Source: Macrostomum lignano (lineage: Eukaryota). From it: DNA of 64,000 bases. The notes below the pieces were generated by a model. That model saw only the letters and a list, made by a program, of their open reading frames with translations. It was not told where the DNA came from and ran no database searches. Shown here piece after piece: positions 35,781 through 45,477 of the stretch. Position 1 is the stretch's first letter. Each line of letters starts with the position of its first letter. The stretch covers positions 1-64,000 of the forward strand of contig NIVC01003533.1 of the NCBI GenBank assembly GCA_002269645.1, read 5' to 3'. A program made the position numbers and the translations under genes.

Positions 35781-36239
35781 AAAGCTTGATCAGGTGCTTG
35801 AAACCACGTCGTACAAGATTCCCATTATGTGTATACCTATAGTCGTCTTCAATTGCGTACACTTTCGGTACAGTTTCGGTCAACTTTAAAGGTTAAGCTT
35901 AAGACAGAGAAATGGGAATTAGTGTTGCATTAATTAAGTAATTTTTGTAAAAATTTCCTTCAGCCTAACCGCATGATCTGGTTTTATAGCACAGTCGAGT
36001 GGTTTGTTATAATCTAAATAAGCTTAACTTCATATTTTGCGAAGCACGACTCGAAATACACATTGGCTTTTTAATTGAACAAAAACGGAGTAATAAAAGC
36101 CGGGAGCCTGCACATTGGTTTCGCATATTGACCAAATGGAGTCCCTCTCCCCACTGGTCAGTTATAGAATCCGGTAACAGTGATTAGCAGCATCAGTTTG
36201 ACTAAATTGTGGAGAGGAGTGGCGTGGGGATGAGATGAC

Positions 36240-36540
36240 TAGATGAGAAGAGAAGAGAAAAGGGGAGCAGAGATAAGAAAAAATGAGAGGAGTGGAGGGA
36301 AGAGGAGTGGAGAGGAAAGAAGTGGAGAGGAAAGAAGTGGAGAGGAAAGGAGTGGAGAGGTGAGGAGTGGAGAGGAAAGAAGTGGAGAGGAAAGAAGTGG
36401 AGAGGAGAGGAGCAAGGCAGAGATAAGAAAAGATTATAGGAGAGGATAGGGTTGAGAAGAGAGGAGAAGAAAGGAAAAAAGGAGAAGAGATAGATGAAAG
36501 GAGATAAGAAAAGAGGAGAGGAGGAGATGAGAAAAGAGAA
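36240..36540. repeat. Purine-rich AGTGGAGAGGAAAG repeat
   Basis: Direct reading. Confidence 0.85.
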
Positions 36541-37194
36541 GATAAAAACGCAAGGACCATGGAATTGCGCTGACGCAAGCAGTGTAAGTGACATAAATAG
36601 GCGCATGCTGCATGGACTTGAGGGGACTCAACTAGATTGCAATAATGGCTTGCTAAAATTGCAAAAAGTTGAAGGCCGAATGGGGCAGGCTGTTTACCGC
36701 TGAGTTAAGGCTAAGAGTACGAATATGCGTCTCATGAAACTGAAATGAGCAAAGCGAATGAGGATAGCACGGTGTGCACTATAATGCAGTGAAGATGTTG
36801 TCAGTTTTTACTGGCAATGAACTCAATTTATGTAAATTAATTCTACTTGTTAGTGCTTACGCATATTCTTTTTTCTTACATCTGCTGGCGAGCGGCAGTC
36901 ACTCTTTAAAATGTTTATTTCTCAAAGCTTGCGTGCGCGCGAGTTTACTCTCAGCTAGCTAGCTACTTCTGTGTCCAATGTGCGCGCGCAAATGCATTTC
37001 TAAACTACCTGCCTGTCTGCGCATTGCACGGGGTCTGTCCAGCACGTTTTCACTGCTAGCGCGCGGCTGGAATGAGAGGCAGGGGGAGGGGACGAAAGGC
37101 GAACGCGTGCGGGCGGGTGGGCAGGCAGACTCGACCGCGGTTTTTACCTGGAAATTAATCGTTTCGCTTTGTTAAGTACCCTCAAATAGTCGGG

Positions 37195-37820
37195 TTCTGA
37201 TAATCCAATTGGCTCTGATAATCCAATTGGCTCTGATAATCCCATAGGGTTTGATAATCCCACAGGATTTGATAATCCCACAGGATTTGATAATCCCACA
37301 GGGTTTGATAAACCCACAGGATTTGATAATCCCACAGGATTTGATAATCCCACAGGATTTGATAATCCCAAAGGGTTTGATAATCCCACAGGATTTGATA
37401 ATCCAATAGGCATTGATAATCCAATAGGCACTGATAATCCAATAGGCATTGATAATCCAATAGGCACTGATAATACAATAGGCATTGATAATCCAATAGG
37501 CACTGATAATACAATAGGCATTGATAATCCAATAGGCACTGATAATACAATAGGCATTGATAATCCAATAGGCATTGATAATCCAATAGGCACTGATAAT
37601 ACAATAGGCATTGATAATCCAATAGGCACTGATAATACAATAGGCATTGATAATCCAATAGGCACTGATAATACAATAGGCATTGATAATCCAATAGGCA
37701 CTGATAATCCAATAGGCATTGATAATCCAATAGGCACTGATAATACAATAGGCATTGATAATCCAATAGGCACTGATAATCCAATAGGCATTGATAATCC
37801 ATCAGGCATTGATAATCCAA
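37195..37820. repeat. 18-nt minisatellite (GATAATCCAATAGGCATT) with two sequence subtypes
   Basis: Tandem repetition. Confidence 0.95.
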
Positions 37821-38033
37821 CAGCCTCTTATAATCTGGCCACTCTAATAATCCGAAATAATGATCTGGAATTTTGTTCAATAAGTTTGACTGAAATTGTC
37901 AAATAAATATAGCAAGGAGGCGACCTATTATTTCGGGTAGAAGGCTGGGGTAACTATTAATCTAGAGCCTCGTCAGCTACTTAGCCATCATAGCAAGAGA
38001 GAATGACCGCAGTGAAACAAATCAATACCGCAG

Positions 38034-39197
38034 GGACTCGGATAGCGACGGCTTCAGCGGCGGTGGCGGCGACGACTCGCGCGACTCTGACTCAGACGGA
38101 GGCAGCGGAGGCGGCAGCCGCGTCAACGGCGGATTCGGCGGAGTCGGCGGCTCGGAGGACCCGGTCAGCGGCAGCATCAGCGCCTGGGTGGGCCTGACGG
38201 CCACCCCGCCAAACTACAGCGGTGGCGTCAACGATGAGAACGAAGTTCGAAAGTGTTTGAACTATTTTAAGAAGATCCGCCAACAGGTTGGCAGCTTCGA
38301 CAAAGCGCCGCTGAAGCCGCTGGACCAGGAGGCTGAGAAACGGCCGGCAGCTGCTAGCAGCTTGCAAGACCGGCGCAAAGCGATTATCTCGTCAATTTTT
38401 GACGTAGACCCGGCCAGCCAGTCGATTCTTGGAAAGCGTCGCCGTTCCGACACTCCGCCGCCGCCTAATCCGACGTCAGAGTCCAACAAAACGCGAGTCG
38501 TTGCAGTCGCACACGCTGGCGGACTGAACCTGCGGGTGCCGCTGGCTTTGCTTCCCATCGGTAACAGCCGGCACTCCAAACATCAGAGGCGCTCGCTTCG
38601 ACGTCGGGACCTCGGTGTCCAGACTGAGGAGACTCAACAGCAGCAGCCGCAGCCTCAGCAGCCGCAGCAGCAGCCAGCCAGCAGGCCGACAGCCGCGGTG
38701 CCGCCGGTTCCAGCAGCAGCAGCCACGGAGGCCGCCCAGCTGCAGCAGCTGTCCGCGCTGACCGATCGCGCCCAGGCCAGTCGAGCGGCCGCACTGGAGC
38801 GGCAGTGGCGCTCGGCGCCGCTGGAGACCCTGCTGCGGCGGGCCAAGTCGCACAAGCAGCAACTGGAGGCGGCTATAAAATCTGCCCAGCCGGATTCCGC
38901 TAAGCGGCACTTCCTGCACGCCGGTCTGCTTTTTCTAGCCGGCTGCTGGGCCGACGACGAGCGCAGGCGGGCCAGCGCCGCTGCCGGAGACTCCGCGTTG
39001 GCTGCCGCTGCGGCCCCGACGCGCCAGACCTACCGGGAGATCGCCACCTTTGTGCGGCAGTTCGCGCGCCAGCTGATGCGCCAGAGCAGCAACGGCGGCG
39101 GCAACGGGCGAAAGCCGACGGCTAAGGATAGTCTGGCCGAGCTGAGCATGCTCATGCTGCTGTCCGTGGTGGAATACAGGCAGTACTACTGCTACAG
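38034..39197 (+). CDS. AF4/FMR2 (AFF/lilli)-like protein, exon containing the first part of the C-terminal homology domain; the true acceptor is uncertain (frame open from 37966)
   Basis: LETLLRRAKSHKQQ..FLHAGLLFL..YREIATFVR..LAELSMLMLLSVVEYRQY resembles AFF CHD helices; low-complexity Gly/Ser/Gln upstream; donor at 39198. Confidence 0.65.
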
Positions 39198-39249
39198 GTG
39201 ATTGCTCCGGGCTGGGGCTGCTGTTACTGGGTCACTTTCCTCCATGCAG

Positions 39250-39415
39250 ATCCTCAGCTGCAGCCTCTTGAGATCCTCAGTTGCTGTGCCAGCCTCCCAG
39301 ATCCTCAGTTCTTCCCCAGATCCTCAGTTGTTTAGCCAGCCTCCCAGATCCTCAGTTGTTTAGCCAGCCTCCCAGATCCTCGGTTGTTTAGCCAGCCTCC
39401 CAGATCCTCAGTTGG
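39250..39415 (+). repeat. 28-nt minisatellite (GCCAGCCTCCCAGATCCTCAGTTGTTTA)
   Basis: About 5 copies just after the AFF donor. Confidence 0.85.
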
Positions 39416-40274
39416 ACCACAATGTTCATTTGCATTATGGTCGTATTTCTGGGAGATCATTAGCACTGACTGCACACAGATAAAAATAGGCATGATATAA
39501 ATGAGCTTGTTTTTTTAGCTCAAAAGTCCGTTTGGGTTTATTATTATTATCTGTTGCCATGCTGCTGCAGTCATGCGGCCTTCCCCCCATTCCGCTGCCT
39601 TCGCATTCCAGTCTAACTTAAACAAGTTGTTTTTCCAGCTATTCCACTAAACTGTACTTTTAACTTTCTCCGTCTCCCCCGTTGGCCTGGAATATGTACT
39701 GTACCAGTTAGTTTCCATCCTAATACTGGATGCGCATTCTGTCTTGGCTTTAACAGAATTTGCGTTCTATTCACAGGTAAGTTGACAGCTGTAGTGGCCC
39801 CGTTGGGTTGGGGTGGAGCATTCATGGCTGATTCAATAAGAGTACAAAAATATAAATAATTCAGTTACAGTAAAATTCACCAGCCACATCCGGTTCTGTA
39901 TTTGTAGCGATGATCCACAGCCTATTTATTGCGTAAATTTTTTTGCTAAACAGCTTGCTTACCCTCTTCTCTGCCTTATCTATCTTGTGTCGTATGGCAG
40001 TTGGTAATATTTAAGCCTTGCTTACATTTAGAATATATGCGTTCCAGTGTGGAGCGCACTGCAGAAAGTTGTCCGTAAAAATGACTTACTGCGTGCTGTT
40101 GCACACTCTAGCTTGCAAATATTCTGTAAAAAATTCAGTTTTAGGTCCATTTTTTTCATTTCTAGTCGAATTTGGTTGCCAAGCCGAGCCTCTGCCTCCT
40201 TTCAGGTGTAGCAATTTTCGGTCTCGGATAAAAACAAGTTCAATATTATTCCAGTTCTAAGAACCATATTTTTC

Positions 40275-40659
40275 CCTGTCCTCCCCACCCTCCTCCAGAC
40301 AGGAGCTGGCCAATCACAGAGCAGCAGTGATATAGATTGACTCTGTCACTCCCCACCCTCCTCCAGACAGGAGCTGGCCAATCACAGAGCAGCAGTGATA
40401 TAGATTGACTCTGCCACTCCCCACCCTCCTCCAGACAGGAGCTGGCCAATCACAGAGCAGCAGTGATATAGATTGACTCTGCCACTCCCCACCCTCCTCC
40501 AGACAGGAGCTGGCCAATCACAGAGCAGCAGTGATATAGATTGACTCTGTCACTCCCCACCCTCCTCCAGACAGGAGCTGGCCAATCACAGAGCAGCAGT
40601 GATATAGATTGACTCTGTCACTCCCCACCCTCCTCCAGACAGGAGCTGGCCAATCACAG
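40275..40659 (+). repeat. 68-nt tandem repeat containing the 3' splice site of the terminal AFF exon
   Basis: Six copies of CTCCCCACCCTCCTCCAG|ACAGGAGCTGGCCAATCACAG. Confidence 0.9.
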
Positions 40660-40942
40660 CGCAGCCATGAAGAATGGCAATCTAGCCGCTGAGCAGCGGG
40701 AGCAGTTCTTGGGCCACCTGTTACACCTGTACCACGCCACGGAGACCTGGGCACACATGATGCGCAATCGAGACAAGCTTCTCGCGGAGTCTCCAGATTT
40801 GGTCCGACTTGAAGAGGAAGCCGTCCGGCTGAGCGGCTTCCGGCCGGCAGGTCCATCCGACCGGTTGAGCCACCTGTTGGCCTACCTGCAGGCTGCGGCC
40901 GACGTGCTGGGTTCCAGCAGTGCAGCTGTCGGGGCTACCTGA
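40639..40942 (+). CDS. AFF-like terminal exon (CHD C-terminal helices)
   Basis: Phase 2 match; GHLLHLYHATETW and RLSHLLAYLQAAADVL resemble the end of the AFF CHD. Confidence 0.65.
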
Positions 40943-42014
40943 AGCGACTTTAGAAGCTTAAAATTTGTCTATGGCAGAACCTATTTTGCGTCGTTGAAGG
41001 AATTCCTACAAAAGCTGCGCATAATTGAAGAGAATTCACAGAGAATTTTATGAGTATGTTCTAAAATTGCTATAGAGAGTGCCTGTTGTGAATGTCTATG
41101 GCCAAAAGACTGTCTGATGGTAAATCTTCACTTATACTCCTGGCTAATTACAGCACTAATAGTGTGTGGCTTTCTAACGTTATTTTGTGGATTCTGAAGC
41201 GCTAAATGTTTAATAGAGTACTGCCATAGATATTTCTTTATCTGGCTCCTTGGCTGGTAATTCTTGAACTCGGCTAACAGAAAACAGTAAGTGGAACAAG
41301 AGATAGCAAATTTGAGAATATCAAGCCCTGATAACAGATATTTCACCAGTGTACGAACATGAGCGTTTGACACATTTACGCGTGCATTGCATAGGGCATG
41401 TTACTCATTAGCCTGAGTTATTGCACTGGACCCTTAATATAAACATATATCAACCCAGAGTGAATTGTACCTTATATATATTTCTACTTTTAATTACTTG
41501 ATGAAATATTCAACTTCCGTCTTTCAAACAACAATTTTTACATAATAAATATATCGGCAAAGAAATTGCCTGTTGATTGTTGATTTTAGAATTTAATCGA
41601 TGGAATCCTTAAAAGATTGTAATTAAAAATTCTGTCCTTAGTGTCTAGCATTAGAGTTTATACCGCAATGCCTCTCATAGATGTAAATCATGCCGATGTA
41701 TTTCACTGAGTCTATAGGCCCGCCAATACTAGCCTGCTTAGATACAATAACACTGAAATTTTGACGCTGTTTTGCATTGACACAAAAATTATTCAATTTT
41801 TATTATTTGCAACTGTGAAAGCCGCCTCTGCTACTGAGATATGATTAATATTTCTGCGTCTTGCGTGCTAAATCAATAGTATATGTATATTAACCTGTTA
41901 CTGCGACAATTCCCTGTGCTATAACACTGCTTTATAGAATTTATTGGCTAAACTAAACCCGCTGCATCTTTGATGGGACTTTAGTTCTTTCTGCTACTTG
42001 GGGATCGGCGGCTT

Positions 42015-42828
42015 CGTGTACACAGTGACAGCCAGTGTACACAATGACAGCTGGGATTGGTGTACACAGTGACAGCTGGGGTTGGTGTACACAGTGTCAG
42101 CTGGGGTAGGTGTACACAGTGACAGCTGGGGTTGGTGTACACAGTGTCAGCTGGGGTTGGTGTACACAGTGACAGCTGGGGTTGGTGTACACAGTGTCAG
42201 CTGGGGTAGGTGTACACAGTGACAGCTGGGGTTGGTGTACACAGTGTCAGCTGGGGTTGGTGTACACAGTGACAGCTGGGGTTGGTGTACAGTGACAGCC
42301 AGTGTACACACTGACAGCTAGGGTTGGTGTACACAGTGACAGCTGGGGTTGGTGTACACACTGACAGCTGGTGTTGGTGTACACACTGACAGCTGGGGTT
42401 GGTGTACACAGTGACAGCTGGGATTGGTGTACACAGTGACAGCTGGGATTGGTGTACACACTGACAGCTGGGGTTGGTGTACACACTGACAGCTGGGGTT
42501 GGTGTACAGTGACAGCCAGTGTACACACTGACAGCTGGGGTTGGTGTACACAGTGACAGCTGGGGTTGGTGTACAGTGACAGCCAGTGTACACACTGACA
42601 GCTAGGGTTGGTGTACACAGTGACAGCTGGGGTTGGTGTACACACTGACAGCTGGGGTTGGTGTACACACTGACAGCTGGTGTTGGTGTACACACTGACA
42701 GCTGGGGTTGGTGTACACACTGACAGCTGGTGTTGGTGTACACACTGACAGCTGGGGCTGTTGTACACACTGACAGCTGGGGTTGGTGTACACACAGTGA
42801 CAGCTCGGGTTGGTGTACACAGTGACCG
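42015..42828. repeat. 25-nt minisatellite with a palindromic GTGTACAC core
   Basis: GTGTACACAGTGACAGCTGGGGTTG repeated. Confidence 0.95.
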
Positions 42829-43196
42829 GTAAAATAGTACACACGTTACACTGATTCCGTTCATTGGTCTCACATCGTGACTAAACATTATGAAAATTAC
42901 AGCAGCCGACTTACTGCTTTCCCACGCCTGTTTCCGCACCTAAGTCAAGATTGGGAAGAACAAAGTGCAAGCAAAATTATACTGGTAGAAAGTCTTCATT
43001 AAAAGCTTCACTAAGTCATTGAATAGAGAAAGCAGAGACAAGGCAATGTATTTATTTATAGAACAAACGCAAGCAATTAATGCAAATAGTTTAGACGGTA
43101 GTAGTGCCAAATCCGCTACTGTGAGTAGAGAAGAAGGATGTTTTACAGATAGAAAAACATGCAGCATTAGCTAGGAGTTTTCAACTAAAGCGGATA

Positions 43197-43778
43197 CTAC
43201 GGTGGCAATAAGGCTAGCAGCGCAGTACACCTGGCCAGTACAATCTCATTATTGCAATAGCAGGTGCGGCCAAGGTAGGGCGGCCTAATAGTGAGACTGT
43301 CGCCTAGAGTCAGGCTGAGCGAGTCCTCGCCACCCACGGCCAAGTCGATGCGGTGCTTGGCAAACCAGGCCCGCACCTGGTCGCGGCGTTGGATTGTCGC
43401 CGATCCCACAGCGGAGTCGTCGAGTTCTTCGCCGTCGGCGCCGCACCCGACAGCCAGCTTGTCGATGTCGATCCGCTGCTGCTCAGTTGCCGGCTGAGCG
43501 CCCGGCACCGGACAGACTTCGACAGTGGCTCCAGCCAGTAGGAAGTGCACTTGCCGGTCATCCAGGTCAACCAGCACCCGGGTCCGGCTGACCGGGTCCA
43601 CCGTGTACAGCCAACCCGTGAACTGGCGACCGTCGGCGCAGGACACTCGTTGAAGCTGGTACAGCTGCGACATGAAGCTGGCGCATTCAGCACTGCTGGC
43701 TTCTTCACAGGGACCGGTGTAGACACATGGGGCACCGGTACTGGCACCGGTATTAGCACCGGAAACAGATTCACTCAT
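43197..43778 (-). CDS. GEMIN6: Gemin6 (SMN complex, Sm-like fold), intronless; alternative ATG at 43787
   Basis: GWLYTVDPVSRTRVLV, VRAWFAKHRI, LTIRPPY...CYCNNEIVLAR match Gemin6 motifs; AATAAA at 43056-43051. Confidence 0.85.
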   Translation of the reverse strand: MSESVSGANTGASTGAPCVYTGPCEEASSAECASFMSQLYQLQRVSCADGRQFTGWLYTVDPVSRTRVLVDLDDRQVHFLLAGATVEVCPVPGAQPATEQQRIDIDKLAVGCGADGEELDDSAVGSATIQRRDQVRAWFAKHRIDLAVGGEDSLSLTLGDSLTIRPPYLGRTCYCNNEIVLARCTALLALLPP

Positions 43779-44094
43779 TAGGCTCATGCCACTGCCGCAG
43801 GCGGGCCAGCAAGTCGCTCTTCTCCTTGTGCTTGTGCACCAGACAGTCCAGCAGACTCCGCTGCGTCTCAGAGTCCAGGTCGATACCCTCGGCCTGCTCA
43901 ATCTGCTGTCTGGCTGTCTCGAGTTTTTGCCGAAGCTCCTGGATTTTTCCCGTAGTGCCGGGCGAATCGCTGGCGTAGTGAATGAATATGTCGCGAATCA
44001 GCGGCCCGAATACCAGATCCACCTGCTGGATGGGGGCTGAGGCGGCTTCCTGATGCTGGCGGTGCTGCTGCTGCGGTTGCTGCTGGTGATGCAT
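43771..44094 (-). CDS. MED9: Mediator subunit 9, intronless
   Basis: FGPLIRDI...DSP...ELRQKLETARQQIEQAEGIDLDSETQ...KSDLL is the MED9 coiled-coil pattern. Confidence 0.82.
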   Translation of the reverse strand: MHHQQQPQQQHRQHQEAASAPIQQVDLVFGPLIRDIFIHYASDSPGTTGKIQELRQKLETARQQIEQAEGIDLDSETQRSLLDCLVHKHKEKSDLLARLRQWHEPNE

Positions 44095-44234
44095 GAGACG
44101 CTACTGGGACTCAGGACTGCTGCCTAGTGGTTCATGAGTTCCGGTGCGTGACAAATATTATGCCTAATAATTGCAGCATTAGGTGGCAGGATTACAATTA
44201 AAGGCTTACTTGAATAACACCTTAACTGAAGGCC

Positions 44235-44790
44235 TGAGAGTGGCCCAGCATCTGAGGATCTGAGAGGCTGGCCCAGCAACTGAGGATCTGGGAGGCTGGC
44301 CAAGCAACTGGGGATCTGGGAGACTGGTCCAGCAACCGGGGATCTGGGAGGCTGGCCCAGCAACTGGGGATCTGGGAGGCTGGCCCAGCAACTGGGGATC
44401 TGGGAGGCTGGCCTAGCAACTGGGGATCTGGGAGGCTGGCCCAGCAATTGAGAATCTGGGAGGCTGGCCCAGCAACTGGGGATCTGGGAGGGTGAAGGAA
44501 GACCTAGCAACTGGGGATCTGGGAGGGTGAAGGAAGGCCCAGCAGCTGAGGATCTGGGAGGGTGAAGGAAGACCCAGCAACTGAGGATCTGGGAGGGTGA
44601 AGGAAGACCTAGCAACTGAGGATCTGGGAGGGTGAAGGAAGACCCAGCAACTGAGGATCTGGAAGGGTGAAGGAAGACCTAGCAACTGGGGATCTGGGAG
44701 GGTGAAGGAAGGCCCAGCAGCTGAGGATCTGGGAGGGTGAAGGAAGACCTAGCAACTAAGGATCTGGGAGGCTGGTCAAGCAACTGACAG
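44235..44790 (-). repeat. 28-38 nt minisatellite, same family as 39250-39415 but inverted
   Basis: CTGAGGATCTGGGAGGCTGGC is the reverse complement of the 39.3 kb unit core. Confidence 0.9.
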
Positions 44791-45477
44791 TCTGGGAGTT
44801 TTTGAAAACAGCTAACGCAAATGAAACAATAGACACATTAAACAAGGCGACATTATCAGGCCATTAAATACAGTAAATATATTTAAACGCAACGAGCTGA
44901 TCTCCAAGAGAACTGTTGGACACAAGCGGGTAAGCAAAACAACAATGTACAGGCAGATAGGTGAATGAACACATCGACTTTCGCATTGTAACGAGTATAC
45001 CGTGGACAGGGACTAAATATAGTAAAGATAAAATAGACAAATTGTCTCGCCTAATACAGATAGTAAATATACTCACTACACTAATTGAGTAGTAGAAATA
45101 ATGCTAAATATATTACTAAAAGTAACCGCATGAGAATACAGAAACAAATAGTGTATGGTCCCCCCCTTTATTTTCTGTTAGTTAATAAAGATTCAATTGT
45201 GTACTGCACGGCTACTTAAGCCTAAGGAGCAATGCTTTCAATAGAAGGCATAAAAAGTACATCGCGTCCTGTTGAACAAAAGAAATGCATCACACTAGAA
45301 AATACGCTAAGGGTAGATAAGGACAAAATATCTACGAGTACCAACGTGTTATTAACTGCAATAAAAACTCACTCATTTATAATAATTTCTTTCATCCAGG
45401 ATTATACAACTTAGAGCCTAAGATACTGATATACTGTATCCCGCTTTGATATAGAACTACTAAATACAACATGGATA

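Noticed and set aside
42915-42939. 25-nt minus-strand micro-exon with good splice sites downstream of GEMIN6 as a fourth cistron
   Set aside because: No downstream coding exon found; at most a UTR exon
43779-43900. Calicivirus-type TURBS upstream of the MED9/GEMIN6 overlap
   Set aside because: No UGGGA motif in the roughly 120 nt upstream on the coding strand
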